A stretch of 64,000 nt of DNA from Saccostrea echinata (Eukaryota), in NCBI RefSeq assembly GCF_033153115.1, contig NW_026889762.1:372001-436000 (forward strand), in the 5' to 3' direction. Every line of letters begins with the position of its first letter. The first letter of the stretch is position 1. This document shows, in pieces, positions 13,886 to 28,159 of the stretch. A model generated the notes under the pieces. That model had not been told where the DNA came from, made no database searches, and was given only the letters and a program-made list of their open reading frames with translations. The translations under genes were made by a program, and so were the position numbers.

Positions 13886-14068
13886 GGACTGTTTCACGAT
13901 AACTGCGGTACTGCTCTTTTGCAGGGCAAAATGATATATTTTGGTGAAATATGACGTAAAATTAATTGTTTAATATACGTCATTTAATTATCTGTCATCA
14001 AAAACTTTGCCAAATGTTGTTATTTTGCCCTGCAAAAGAGTAGTACCGCAGTTATCGTGAAAGGGCTA
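13886..14068. mobile_element. ~180-bp MITE
   Basis: 41-bp near-perfect TIR tttcacgataactgcggtactgctcttttgcagggcaaaat. Confidence 0.8.
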
Positions 14069-14403
14069 TATTAGGCAAACGGGATATATGGCGAGAATTA
14101 TCGAACGGACCCTGCGCGAATGGACTCATGCGAACAGGTTAGATAGGGCGAACGGACCCGATACCTTCCCACACCCTGGTCGTAAATTTTTTTTATTTAT
14201 GATCACAGTCAAACTGTTTAGAAAACTCTGTATGAAAAAATTGTGTAGCACTATTTTTAGGAATGGAGCAAATGGCGAAAATGCAATGTGGAAAAGCCAC
14301 AATATTACTGATCTAGAAATATTTGTAACAGGAACCTAATTATCATAAATATGCGTTATATTCAATCGCTCTACTACTAGCTGCTTAATAATAATAATAA
14401 GAT

Positions 14404-14462
14404 ACTTACAGCTCATTTTCCCACTGCTAAACGCCGCCATTGTCCTCCCACAATGCATTGCG
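14404..14462 (-). promoter_or_regulatory. Putative promoter/first exon: ZNF143(STAF)-like site next to ATGGCGGCG and a GTAAGT donor
   Basis: Plus strand ctcccacaatgcattgcg (STAF-like consensus). Minus strand reads aATGGCGGCGTTTAGCAGTGGGAAAATGAGCT|gtaagt. Confidence 0.5.
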
Positions 14463-14770
14463 TGTATCACTAAACCGTATTGTGGGATATTCCAATTGAC
14501 ATTTCTAGATACACAAAATGTTGAAAGCGAGGGACTTAGACCGACTGTTCTAAAAATAGATTTTACGTTGTGGGACATTTTTCTATATATCCTTATGGGT
14601 CAAAAAAAAATTTTTTTTGGTTTTTTATGATAATTGTATCATTTTAAACATTTCTGTGAAATTTAGACTACATGGTTTATGGGTCAAAATATAGATGACC
14701 CATAAACCACCTATGGATCCCACAACGTGAGTCTGAGATACGTGAAATATCCCATAACACGCCTGTTGTA

Positions 14771-14776
<6 letters not shown>

Positions 14777-14826
<50 letters not shown>
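14777..14826. repeat. (TA)n microsatellite
   Basis: ~25 TA units. Confidence 0.95.
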
Positions 14827-14827
<1 letters not shown>

Positions 14828-15448
14828 CCCTAACTGATTTACAATGTCATCTTTAATATGTGTACTACAAAACAGTTGTATTAATTTGAAGACACTTGGT
14901 CTTCGGGAGTAGTAATATTTGATAACTTGTCTCTTAATTTATTGAAAACTGGACAGATGAATAAAAAAAATGAAATTCATCTTCAATATCATTTACATTA
15001 CATAAATCACATTTCCTATTGCCCCATATTATGTAGTCATACCTTGCAGTTTCTATCTTCAAATTATGTGCTGAAGGTCTTAAACATGTAATTATTGCTT
15101 TTCTCTATTTTTCATGAATAGGTTTCCTTAAATAACCTTGCAAACAAAAATAATCAACTAAATGCTTATATAACATGCATTTTGGTGATCTACATATCAG
15201 ATATAGCTTTCTGTTTAAAAACATCACACATTCTGTTATATGTTATGTCTAAAATAATACTCTCTTTTTGATTACTATGGGACAAGGCAGCCAAACCTAG
15301 AGTGTACATTTCATTTTTGTACTCAAATCCAGGGATCTTTTTTCTCTACCATACATGTATCTTGATAACATGCACGCAGAATGCAATGATTACTTTTTCT
15401 TAATTTTAGCCAATATTGTAATATTCTTTCTATATATATCTAGTGGTA

Positions 15449-16353
15449 CTAGATGAAATTCCGCGCAAGCGCGGGGAATTGATTTTTTTTTTTTTTTTAC
15501 TGCTGACTGATCAATTCAAATAATATGCATGTATCTTATACTTTCTACTGACAGTTAATTATAGGTTTATAGCAGGAAGAAATACTTTGTAAAAAATCCC
15601 ATAATAAGTTTAGGAACAGAAGTGAATAAGATATATCGCCCTTTCTTTTTCTTTTCTTCTTAATTTTAAAAATATCAATTTCATTTATTGACGATTTCTA
15701 TTTTCATGTTAGCATATTTATATTTTGATACCTGTTATACTATTTATATATTAATTAAACATCGAGTGCTCTACTTCCTTTCCATCAAAGATTAAAAAAA
15801 ATACAAAAGACTCTATCTGTATGTATGTTAAAAAGCAAACAAACAAACAAAACAAAACAAAAAAAAAATCCTGAAATGTATTGATTATTTTAAAGCACAA
15901 ATGTATTTTTAACAGCTTTAATAAATTAAGAAAACTTAGAATAAATCACTTTTACTACATATTTTTAAACAGCACCCTATTTATTGATATTTTCTCTTCA
16001 GCAAGTTCTCTATGTCCTTATTGTACATCGGATTCGTTGCCATTATGCTGTGGCGAATATGCACATTTTATTAGCACCACTTACTAAAAGTTCTTCGATA
16101 TATAAACATTTTCATGACTCATAGTGATATCAATTGCTTTAACATTATTTCCCTGCCCATTTAAATCATTTTTTTTTTTCAATATTATGCTTTGACATAC
16201 AACGCCTCGTTTTTTCTTTTTTAATATCGGGTTCGATGCCATCTGATGTTCTAGAAATTTCTATCAAGACTCAGATCGAATATAAATTGAGACAATTTGC
16301 ACATCTTAATTTTTAATCAGTAATCAGAACTTATTTCTTTTATATAAAGTAGA
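15449..16353 (-). mobile_element. Non-autonomous canonical Helitron
   Basis: Minus strand: 5' A|TCTACTTTATATAAAAG. 3' hairpin ccgcgc-tt-gcgcgg, then CTAG|T. No TSD. Confidence 0.75.
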
Positions 16354-16539
16354 TCAAATTTTAATTGAATAATTCATTGATAACGTTTAACAAAATATAA
16401 TGCTTGTTGTCAGTTTCATTAAAAAATTTCACTAACTTGGATCCGCCAACCGGAAACACCACCTTACTCTCATTTTTGCTATTTCACGGCTATTTATCGA
16501 AAATGAAAGTAGATTTTTAATTTATTTTTCGATAATTAC

Positions 16540-17640
16540 AATGCAAGTGAAATCTCAATATACTTTACGGACATCTTTAAATCTTTCATTTTACAAAAAA
16601 TTCTAAACATTCCTTGTTACCTTGTTTTGCACAATGTTTCTTTGTAGATAAAAATTCACCATTATAGTTAAAAAACATTCCTAAATAATTAAATTGATTC
16701 ACAACTTCCATATTATTACATGTACCATTATATTTTCACTTTTCTTCATCTTTTACATGCTTTCCATTTCTAATAACTACGATTTTCTTTTCTTTTTTTT
16801 TGTACATTTACAGTTAAATTTCATTCTTTTGTTTAGCTATAGAGAGTGTTTAACATTTCTTGTAAACTTTCAACTGAATCCGTTATTAGGACGGTATCAT
16901 CTGCGTACATTGTACATAGTTAGAAACAAATTAATGATTTGAAGTTCAATAGAAGCACAATTATTTTTAATAAAATGTCCTTCAAAATCATTCAGATACA
17001 TGGAAAAGTCAGGCAATAATATTTCCCGTTGTAGAACACCAGCTAAAATACAAAATGTGTCTGTAAATATTCCCTGGTGTTTTATACAGGTTCAAACTTT
17101 CTTGTATAGAGACTTAATAATACATAACATTTTTCCTTGTATAACCTCTGTTTGTATCTTGTACCATAACTTGGATCTATCAATTAAATCAAAAGCCTTT
17201 GAATATTCTACAAAGCAACAGTATAATCTCTTTTTGTTTCCTTATGTCCTGATATCCTTATAATTAAACTTTGTAGAATGAATAAAGCGTCAATTGTACT
17301 TGCAACTGGCTTAAAACCAAACTGAGCGTCTGAAATAACATTATATATTTGATCCCATTTTAAAACAATCTATTATTCAAAGTACACGTAAACAGTTTTG
17401 ATTAACAACTAACCAAAGTTAAACCTCTATAATTATTTGGGTCTTGTAATTCGCCCTTTTTAAAAATTGGTACAATACATCCCTTTGACCAACTATCTGG
17501 GTACATACCCGAATCAATGTTAAATAGTTTACATAAAATAGGTATCATAACTTATTTATATTTTATAAAAATTCATTAATTACACCATCATCTACATTAC
17601 TCTTATTACACTTAAGTTTCAAAATTGCACTGTTTCAAAA
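16540..17640 (-). mobile_element. Degenerate CR1/L2-group LINE RT fragment
   Basis: Minus-strand motifs KGCIVPIFKKGELQDPNNYRGLTLVSC, FSMYLNDFE and MYADDTVLI. Stops and frameshifts. Confidence 0.85.
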
Positions 17641-19149
17641 TTGCACTAAGTGCTAAAAGACTATGCCCATCCCCTTCTCTCTCTCTACCTTGTCAGCTTC
17701 TTTTCTTCTTTATTAGCCTTTCACGATGTGTTAGACTTCCCCTCAGATTTTTTTCTTTTGTCTTCCAATTCTACATAATCAGCTAATACATATTTTACGA
17801 TGTCCTTTTTGAAGTGTAAGAAGCGATGCGTAAATACTAGAAGTATTAAACATTTTGAAAAGAGCTCATTTAGAGGCACCTTTAAGTTTGTAGAGAAGGG
17901 GGAACCATACCCGTTTAAAAAAATAATACGACTCAGATTCTTTTCTTTGACGAACAAAAAAGGAAAAAAAAAACTTCTCTAATGCGGGGTAGGAAGATTA
18001 CACAGCTCAGAAATATTTTGACGAGGAAAAAAAAACAACATTTCCTGAAAGGGGATGCGGGTGCACGATACTTCTCGTGAATCTGAATGCATTTTGAGGT
18101 AAAATAACGAGGTTATCCAATTAAATTGAAAAAAAAAATGTCTGACTAACACAATGCACACAATAAAGTATAAGACAGCTCGACACTTCAGTGTCGATCG
18201 TATCTTTCCAATAAATGTATTTTGTGACCCTCATTTACTATTAGGTGGTTTGCCTACCGGCTTTCCCAATCACATCTAGCTTGATCAGACATAGCATGGA
18301 TCGAACAGTTTTAACAAATTAGATCATTGTTAAAAATTGATTCAAATGATTAATAGTTTTGTCTATAAATAGAAGGGAATCCCTGTGGAAGTTATGTAAA
18401 AAAAAATTCTTAGGGATAGCAATTAAACAAAAAGCTATTAAAATATGAAAAGTCCAGGATATACTTTTTTGTCACTTCATATTATATACATGTACCACCT
18501 ATTTTAATACAACAATAAACGCGAAATTGGGACTTTTTTGATTAGAAATTTAAAGGCCCTTCCCTGAGACTGGTAGTTAAGCTTATTTCCCTTCAACTAT
18601 AAAAACAATGTGGCAAGGAAAGAAAACTATGGGCGAGTATAAAATGAAATCGTCTTCCATAAAATTCTATGAACACATCATTACAAAGTATTTTTCGTAA
18701 GCTCATTACAATAGCTAACAGTTTCAACATTCAGATTACGAGCAAGCAGATCGACAGCCTTTTTCTTGCAATTATATTTTGTTCATATCATTGATAGATT
18801 CATATGAAAGTAATATTGAACATCAAAAGTATCCAAGTGTTGGTATACTGGAATTCGATCATTATTACAAATATTAATATTAAATAAGAGTCCAAATCGA
18901 TATATTTACATTTGCCCATGTCTATCCTTATTTGGCAATATTGATTTTTATACCTTTAAAATTAGTTCCTTTATAAATCTATTAAAAAATCTAACATTTC
19001 TAATGTTTTACTTAGCAGTCATAAAAACATCGATGTTTGACCACAGAGTGAGATATTGTACCGCTTACGTCACACTGTGGGCGGAATTAGCAAAATTTTA
19101 TTTGCATTTGTTGGTATGGAAGCAAGCAAAAGATACATGTATAACAAAA

Positions 19150-19370
19150 AAAATCTACACTACCTGAGGATGCTTCTATGATAATATGACTAATCATGGC
19201 CTTGCTGTTCTGGAGCAGAAGATTTTTTTCAATATGATTCCTATATATTTTTATGTAAAACTTTGACCCTTTGTTGTCCCCCTAACCCCTGGGGGTCATA
19301 ATTTGAACAATCTTGATTTTACAATACTTTATGTTGCTTTTGTTTAAATGTGATCGATAATGGCTAAGTT
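19150..19370 (+). repeat. Cg170-like satellite monomer fragment
   Basis: tctacactacctgaggatgcttc...gaagatttt...gtaaaactttgaccc...gggggtcataatttgaacaa. Confidence 0.55.
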
Positions 19371-20569
19371 TTGTTTAAAAAAATATTTTTTATGTAACGT
19401 GTATGATAAGGTTCTTACAAGGGATATATAGGTTTTTATTTTTACTTTGTCTGAGTTTATGATTGGAATGATTATTCTGTCTGGGGGTAAATCTCACAGT
19501 ACTACAATTTTTCTCTCATCTAGAGAAAGGTACTACTTACATCGTGTTTCACCTCAAGGTTCCTATTGATAGATAAGAACTGGGTGTCTCAATCTTCTTC
19601 AGATTTACTACACCCAGAACTTAACATCAATTCCCTAGGATACTTGCAACTGGTGCTTATAAATTTTATACACTTATTTTGCTCTTACCCTAAACGTCTT
19701 TATTGCTGATTCAACGGCCAACTACCTTTGACCTACTTTGCAAAAAGTACCCTGGGCCGTTTAACTGAACTAATGACCTTTGAATTTTGAGAAGCAGGAT
19801 CTTGATAATTAGCAATTTTGCATGTTTATGAGCTCATGATACCATACTTTGAAACTGTATGATGGTCAGTTACCACACAAACTTATATTTAAATACTATG
19901 AAACTTCCCACTCATTTCATGTCAGATTCTATCGCAGTCTTATACTATCCATGGATGCCATTTTTTCTTTGTAGGCAGATGTATGAAGTATCATGCTAAT
20001 AGTAAGTTAAAAGCTTAACACTCTTAGATTTATCTACATCTTTAATGAAGCTACAAACCAGGCGACACATGCCTTCCATGGAACACTGTTTGTATCTATA
20101 GCCGATTTGGCCACCTTGACCCTTATGTCTTGTTAGATTTTCCGCATGGGAGCGGAGGCTTTGGGGTTCAAATGATCCCATGCATGCAGGTTCCTGCATT
20201 ATTTTGTCAATCAAACACAAAAACGCAAAGTTTAATTATCAAAGTTCAAATTCACGTAGCATAATTCCATAAAAAGTCAGTAGCCGATCACATTAAGCTG
20301 ATCTAGGATTTTACGCGTACAGTGTATGAAGATAGGGTTCGACACATAGATATTTAGGCGGTTTTGTAAACTCCCTACACTAACTCCCGACCCCATGTAC
20401 ACTTCTTTTTTGTTAGTACGTAACATTCTAGGCAGTTTTACAATTTTCTATAAAGTTTAATTTTTATGACAACTTTCGTTGATTTAAAGACTTTCTTAAG
20501 TCCGAATAAGTAAATAAGTACTGTTACACAATCTGTCATTGGGTTATTCTATTGCTTACATTTTTTCAT

Positions 20570-20785
20570 ACCCATTGTTAGGCCATTGTTTAATACTAAA
20601 TTACACCGTCTACCTAATCAATAAATAGAGCTCATGGCAGGTGTGACCGATCGACAGGGAATTGCCCTCTTGGGCATCTGATTCAATCTCTGGAGTATCC
20701 AGGGTCCGTGTTTTATGTCCTGTTCACACATTTGTATTGTTTTGGAGAATGTTGAGGTCATTCACCGTTTCCATCTTTCCATCTT
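20570..20785 (+). mobile_element. Penelope-like element 3' fragment
   Basis: ggcaggtgtgaccgatcgacaggga...ggcatctgattcaatctctgg...gggtccgtgt, similar to the copies at 35690 and 47340. Confidence 0.65.
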
Positions 20786-22024
20786 TTTCATTTTGGTTGA
20801 AAATTACGTATACCGGTATATATTGTACACAAAATTCAATCCGTTGATCGAACCCGTACTTCAACTCATAAACTATAGTGCAAAGGGCTACTTCTTCTTT
20901 TTCAGTTATTTCATTTCATAGAGAAAGATTACCAAATTTCAGATCTATAGTACTTTCAAATAGACCATATGCCATCGTCATTTCCGGTTTCATTTCATAT
21001 GTTCTGGCAGTCGTAGGACATCAAATTTGTATAATGAATTTATGAAAAATAAATGAGAACGGGTTGAAATTATCGAATAACGATACAAAAAAATAGGTGT
21101 CATGTTTTTCTTTAACTGTGGGGTGCATTAGGTATGGAGAGTCTTAATAATATACAAGGGCTAAAGCTGTTGTGTAAAATTGAAGCAGCTCGCAATTTTC
21201 AAGCTGGATATAGGATTCACTAGGTAGGAATCTGATGACATTTCCCGTTTTTGCTAAGTTTTGTAGATTGTCCCTTTACCGGTATATACACTGTAAAAAT
21301 ACTAGTATTGCCTTTGGGATAATATGCAAAACGTTCACTACATATAAGTTACAAATAGTACAGTATTGATAACATGTTAAAGACTTCTTCGTACAATTTG
21401 GAAATGAACTAAAATAATGTGATTTTTGCGATAGGTCAGTAGGTTATTCGAGACCTTCCTTTCTAAAGTGCTAAATGTTTAGTATAATTTGATCATTTTA
21501 AATGGAACATGTATCCGTATTCATGTTAATCTAAAGAATAAAAATATATTCAGTGAACAGCTTAGTAGTAAGAAAAACTAGTTTTTTGATAGTCTCAATA
21601 TTCAACGTTGAAAAAAGACCCCCTGTGTCAGTTTTCAACCCGGGTCAAAATTCCATGTTACACCGGTTTACGTAGAAACAAAACTCCCCTCCGTAACGAA
21701 AGAGTGCACTAAGCGAGATAATCTCGAAACTTGCATATTCTTTTGTCCAATTTGTGTTGGCAATGGTTCGGTGCCTTTGTTTAAATGATCTCTCCATCGT
21801 TTAAAACAATGTCGGAGAATAAGTCGGCCACACCGTGGGAAAATACAGTGTTTTACAGCAAATACTATAAAGATTGGTCGTGGTAGCATTTAATTGTTCA
21901 AAATAGTTTCGATGTATTTACAATTGTAAACATTCAAGAAAAATCACGCTTTTCAATGTATAATACATCGATCTCCTCGATTATCTTCAAGAAGTAGTTC
22001 CTGTAGTGGCAAGAGATAATTCCT

Positions 22025-22368
22025 TGTTTGTATAAGGTTTAAAAAATACGTTCCATTCAAGAATTTTGCAGTCATATATAGATGTCACCATATAACGGTG
22101 AAGGGCTTCAAATTAAGATCTATACTCGGCAATCTGGGCCATTGAGCAGTGAAGGTTATTTATCGTGTCAACGTATACCGTGTAAGGGGACCTCGGTTTT
22201 TAAGGTCTCATCCGAAAGAGCCTTGACTTTCACTTCCAGTACCGGGCGCTTGGCGAAGGAACAATCACTACCTATATTTACGTCTTAGCTTTGTCACGGC
22301 GGGCGAACTTGAATTCACCCATGGTCTCCCGATCACGGAGCGAACGCCCTAATAGACTACCTTGACCG
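22025..22368 (-). mobile_element. tRNA-derived Deu/Nin-type SINE (diverged copy)
   Basis: Reverse complement of the 5430-5776 family, e.g. cctcggtttttaaggtctcatccgaaaga. Confidence 0.85.
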
Positions 22369-24069
22369 ATATAATTTCTATTGATGATTACTACGAAAAG
22401 TAATGCTCAGGCCTAGACACAGTTTGATGCGAAAAACAACATAAGAAATTTGATAAAATGAACTCCCAGAAATTAAAACTAAGACTAGGAAAACCTCGCT
22501 GAATCATGATTTACTTTTTATTCTTCATTTTCTAGCTCTATATAAGCAATCTTGTTACTGAATACAAGAAAATATACTGTCTCTGACGGTTTATGAGACA
22601 TTTGAAAAGACAAAATAACTTATTAATTTAATCTGTTTTGTTATTAATGATCAGTATAAAAATAATAGCCGTAAACTTTCACACTTATTGCATGTTCATA
22701 GGGTCAATCAATGATTTATTGTACCAATTATGTTATTAATTACACAAAATTGACCAATTTTCTGTTCCGTTGTTTCTTGTCTGCAATTTAAATAATAAAC
22801 CGCCAAGTCGTATTCATATTTCCTGAAATGAAGTTGAATATGCGAAAGATTTGTCGAAATGTCGTACCTTTTTTTGTCTGGGAATTTTCTTTCTTTTTTT
22901 TTTTTTTTCAAAAGAAAACAGGTATTTGCTTATTGTAAAATGCTTGGTGAACTACTAAGTTTTTAGATATTATTGTGATTTGGAGAAGGAAAAGATGTGG
23001 ACTGAAGATCAAAAAAAGTAGCCGATCATTTTTATATACTTGATTACAATCCATTAACAACCATCAAAACAATGTAACGATTTTAACCGATTCTCATAAA
23101 ATCAACTAATCCTAAAACGAGGTTTTTAAAATGCACTGTGCTACATCATCATATGTATGTCTTTAATTTATTGTAAAAAGTAAAGAAAACTAAAAGTTGG
23201 CATAATAAAGACGTAATTGAAAACAGTTTTGAAATCATTTTTATATAAGCTGCTGACAAATTCTCTTGTTTTCAAATTGCTGTTATCCCGTCATTTTGTA
23301 AAAACCTTTACCTTGATTTAAAAAAATACTAATGAAATAGTTGCAATGATATTAATTATGCTAAATGATAATTGCCTAGACAAATCCTGGCAGGACTGAT
23401 ATCCTGATAGGTATGATACACTAAAAGTTGTTCTCATCTTTAATAAACAAGGTAGTTCTATATAGCAAGAATTTGTGCAACACTATGAGTCACTGGAATA
23501 TGTTACTTCTTCAAAATATTGCGGCTTTTTTTTAATCAACAGTTTCTCTTTGGTACGATAACATTCATAAGAAAGCACTTAACATTTTTAACTTTAAATG
23601 TCTGGCCTTTGAATCCAGGTGTCAAAAACTTTACAAGTTTTTTTTTAGACTCATAAGCCCACTCTACAATATGAGAGTGAAATTTGGGGATTGTTTAACA
23701 CTAAAATATGTTCCTATATTAATTCAATTGCTTTAAATGAAATATAATCTAAAAATTAATGTGAGAAAAAAAAGAACTAATGTTTTAATATTTCAAACAT
23801 TGACAAAAAGAAAAAAATGAGAAAAAAAGGTGAAAATTTAGAAAGTTTCCCGCCTTTATCTCCCTTGCATCTTCCTGTCACTACACTTAATAGCTGTATT
23901 ACTATGTAGATAATATTTGTGTATAGGCATCATATCATTTCACATTATTGTATCCCATGCATGTTAAATTTATATAAAATTAAACCTTATCAAGGGAATG
24001 GAAAAATTGAAGAAAACATACATTTATCAATCTTAAAAAAACGTACGAACAATATAAATTAAATGCAAG

Positions 24070-24340
24070 GCATAAAACACTGACCCAAGGAAATTCCTGA
24101 GTTGGAATCAGGTGCCTAGGAGGAGTAAACATTCCCGTGCACTCCCGTCGTGATCAGGTAGAAGGAATGTTCCGTAGTCAAATTTATTCTAAAAGACAAA
24201 AGCTTAAGAATTGAAATGAAATGTGTTAGTCAAAATACGACTCAATGATAGGTTATATTTGCTAGCAAAGTCACTATTACAATCATAGACCAATTGTTTT
24301 ATTTTTTACTTCCAATCGGATCTATCGTTGAGACAGTCCC
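24070..24340 (-). mobile_element. Penelope-like element 3' fragment
   Basis: ggaatcaggtgcctaggaggagtaaacattccc, similar to 47340-47400. Confidence 0.6.
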
Positions 24341-26329
24341 TTGCTTCAATAATGTAAATGATATTCATTTCTCGAGATTTTTGTTTATGAATGTTCTTAA
24401 GTTGGATCTTCGTGTAACAGAAGATATATTGCCGGATACAAAAAATCTTGAAACTTCCAGGTATGCTTTTTGATTAAATTCTGCAGTCCATGCTCAAGGC
24501 CTCCAACAGATTTTCCTCATGTATTTTCAAATATGTATCTGATTAAAGTGAAATCGCTAGTTTCTCCTGGGGTTTAATTTCGTTGTTTTTGAGGTATGAA
24601 GGGACCCACAAATTCATATCCATCCCAAAAAGTAACATTTCATGTATATAAATATTCAAAACTTCTTCACCAACGAAATTAAATTTCACAAAACCAATAT
24701 TTTTCTTTTAGCCACTAAAATTTGACCCCGCGAAAATATGTGATTTTATAAAAAATTGCTGAAACAATTAAAGCTGATTAATGTGATCTTCTAAAAGCGT
24801 TCTATTCATTCAAGGCAAATTTAAAAAAAAAAAGCAGACAAAAAGCTTGGGGCAGGAAGCCTTTCAGTATGGTGTAATTTGTAGTGGCTCTTCCAACATT
24901 TTGACGAGGAAAAACAAATAAACCCTACCCTAACCTTTATTATCGGTTGTTCATCAAGAGACCCTTATTTGGAAATAAAATGTATTCTTTTTTATTGGGA
25001 AATTCAGTTAAACCAAATATAATTGTAATTCATTTTATATGATTATTAAATTGTCAATTACAACATATACATGGATAACATTAGTTTCAAGCTGGAAACA
25101 GTGGGATTATATTAGATGTTCTCACTAGCTATTCCTTAAATCTCATTTCTATGATCCTTATCTTTATAGAGAGTTAGTCATCGGTATGGCTGTCATGAAA
25201 CCCAAAGGGTCTACGTGTTTAATAACATGTATGGGTATCGATCACAATTCGATGTTTTGTTGGGTGTAAAATGTCCTCTTATCATTTTAAATTTGTTTGT
25301 AACATATATGGATTAAGGTTATAATGCAGTTTGGAAATCCAAAGAACAGCTCATTCAAGCTTTAAAAATATAACACATTTATAAGCTGCATTGTGCAAAA
25401 CACAACGTTTAGGCAACAGAAAACCAGAAAACGGTATGGCCTTCCATTCCTAAGTCATATTTACATTTCTTCTGCACAAATTCCTTTTAGGTTCTGACTG
25501 AATCGATAAAATTTTATGGATGTTTATGCTTTTTGGAGAATAATTGCTGTGGTATTTTTTTCCTTGCAGTAAGCGCAGTGGAATCATTGTTATATGCTGA
25601 TCAGGATTTTCTCGAAATTTTGAAGGTTTGTCATTTTTAAAAAAAAATATTTTGATTTTAGTTATTGTAAGAATGGGTCGAAATGAACATGACTGACCTT
25701 TTCAAAAAAGTCATGTTAATGCGTTGTTAGCACCTAATTGTATTTTATTATTTTATGGATACACATCCACTGTTTAAAAGGGCATAAAGGATAAAACATA
25801 ATCTACTCATATTTTCCTGGCATAGCGCCAAAGTTGTCTTGCCTCAATTTCGATAAAATATCACTAAAAATCAAAAAGTTATTCATAGTGCATTTATAGG
25901 CATTTTGTTTATTCTGGTCGTGATTTCTTTCTTCTTGTTTTTTAATCAATATTGCGTAATATAATCCTTATATTTATATTTTTTTTCTAACTCATATTAT
26001 ACGATGTTAATACTCAAATATTAATACTTTTCTCGTATGATATTAATGAAAATCAATAAATAAGAATGGCAAATACGAAAAAAAAATATTGAGATGTTTA
26101 CCTGAACAATGACAATATGTTGCCAAAAATCACTTTTAACTAGAAAAAAAATTGTATTATTTTGTATTAGCTTTATGGCACTTTACTACCTTTAAAAAAA
26201 TATTGGTAAATGGTTGTCTGTATTTGAAAATACATATTCAATATTCATTCTCCTATTACCCTATGATTTAAAAGTCTACATTTCTTATCTTTTTTACTTT
26301 TATTTTCATGTTTTATTATGAACATGATT

Positions 26330-27149
26330 ACAAAAAGTCTGAAGAACCCCTACACCAATATTAACTTAACTTGGTACAAACCACCCTAGGATGAAGGGAA
26401 TTGTAAACTAAATTGTTCTAATGGAGGATCATGTCCTGTTCCAAGAGAAGATAATCAAGAAAATAAAAAAAGTGGGAATGTCAAAATTATTTTCCTCTCA
26501 AGAACCACTTGGACAGATGAAATGAAACTTATGTGAAATCTTTTTAAGGTAATGTAGATTTTGTTTAAATCATGGGGATAGGGTATCAAAATCTTAAAAC
26601 AAATAGCAAATTCTTAAATTCTTAAATGATAACCAGATATGAAAAGTTAAAATTTATGTGAAAGCTTTTTAAGATAACGTACATTCTAATTGAATTTAAA
26701 AAAAATAATACAAAAAACAAAAACAACACACACACACACACAGATAGTAAAAGTCCACAATAGGGAATCAAAGTTTTACATGGAACGTTATTGGAAATAA
26801 ATTTTGAAAATCTTCTCAAGAATCACAGTCGCACCATTCATTTGCAAAAATTTCCAAGCTGAGTGGATTCATTTATTTCTTAAAGTGGGATTATAGTTTG
26901 TTTAAAAGGGATCAAATTTTACATAATGTATGAATACAGGAAAATAATGTTCTTCCTCAAAAGTACAATGCAATGCAAGTCATAATGATATTGAAGCATT
27001 CCCAAGTTGTGTAGATTCAGAGATCCTTAGAGTTAGAGTGGTGCTATAATATTGGGTTGCAATTTTTTTATGGGAATATAAAAATCTTTTTAGAAATCAT
27101 CTGAAGAACAAAGGACTAAAGTTACTCAGGTAAGCGTTGTGGCCCCTAA

Positions 27150-27151
<2 letters not shown>
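26330..27151 (-). mobile_element. Degraded HINE/Helentron-like element with satellite-like units
   Basis: Ends ctcaggtaagcgttgtggcccctaagcct, the reverse of the HINE 5' box. Repeated ttctcaagaa units. Followed by poly-T at 27152-27194. Confidence 0.6.
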
Positions 27152-27199
<48 letters not shown>

Positions 27200-27822
27200 C
27201 TTAACCAAATTTTGTATGGAATTAGAAAAATGAATATGCATGAAAGATGAACGATTTTGATTGTGATATTTTTACCAAACTATGAAAATATTTCCTGCAT
27301 CAACGATTTATATTAAGTAATCATACACTGGATACGAATTGAAATAAGAAAAAGAAATGTCTTTTAAAAAGATATGTGATTTTATGTAAATTCTTGATAG
27401 TCATGTCATCGACAAAATAGCAATGGCTTGTTGGGTTTTCAAGACTTCTTCATATTTTGCCTTAAACAAACGAATTTTTTTTTTTTAAAAATTTCTCTGA
27501 AAAAATAATGATGCCAATAATGCTACAGAGGCAAAATTTTAGGGCAAGCAAATTTCCAGGTCATGAAAGATTTAGATTAGAGCATTTGAGGACAAAACTG
27601 CGGCCATGAATATTCCAACTCTGAGCAGATCATGCATATGGTGCTAAACAAAATTTCAAAGAACATGTTTGTTCTTTGAATGTTTATCCAACAGACTGAA
27701 AGTTAATCGATCGAAAGAGCATTGATAGTTCATAGCGATGTATGTTAGTATTCCATTTCCAATATATTATCTATGACAGTGTTATGCTACATCTAAGATG
27801 ATGATTCTTGCCTCTGTATTAA

Positions 27823-28159
27823 GGACACACGCAAGGTACCTTACCTACTGATAATTTTTCAAGATATTATTAATTTTAAAGTATTGTACCATCAGATGTT
27901 CGTAGACAAAAAATCAGCATGCATTACCAGGGGTTTTGAAAAGATATCAATTGATGGAAATTCTTGTATAATTCAAAGAAAAATATACACAAATTACTAA
28001 ACATATATTCTAGATGTTTTGTTTATCCAAACTTGTTTTATAAGAAGTGTACAACAGCATATATAGACATTAAAATGTAGCACACAGTTCCTTTAAGTAT
28101 CGGAACTCTTCAACTCCAGGGAAAAAGACAATAAACTTCAAACTACGTTGCGTATGTCC
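27823..28159. mobile_element. TTAA-targeting MITE (Kolobok-like)
   Basis: TIR ggacacacgcaaggta vs ggacatacgcaacgta. TTAA on both flanks. Confidence 0.75.

Larger units (their letters stand above)
11960..14165. mobile_element. Degraded DNA transposon with gttcgcc/ggcgaac subterminal repeats, hosting nested elements
   Basis: Multiple gttcgccc at 11960-12070 and inverse gggcgaac/gcgaac at 14075-14165. Confidence 0.45.

Noticed and set aside
19393-20528. Solo LTR (tgtaac...gttaca)
   Set aside because: Termini fit, but there is no TSD or second copy in the window.
23390-23690. Very old LINE fragment (PTLQYESEIWG)
   Set aside because: A single motif; too degraded to delimit.
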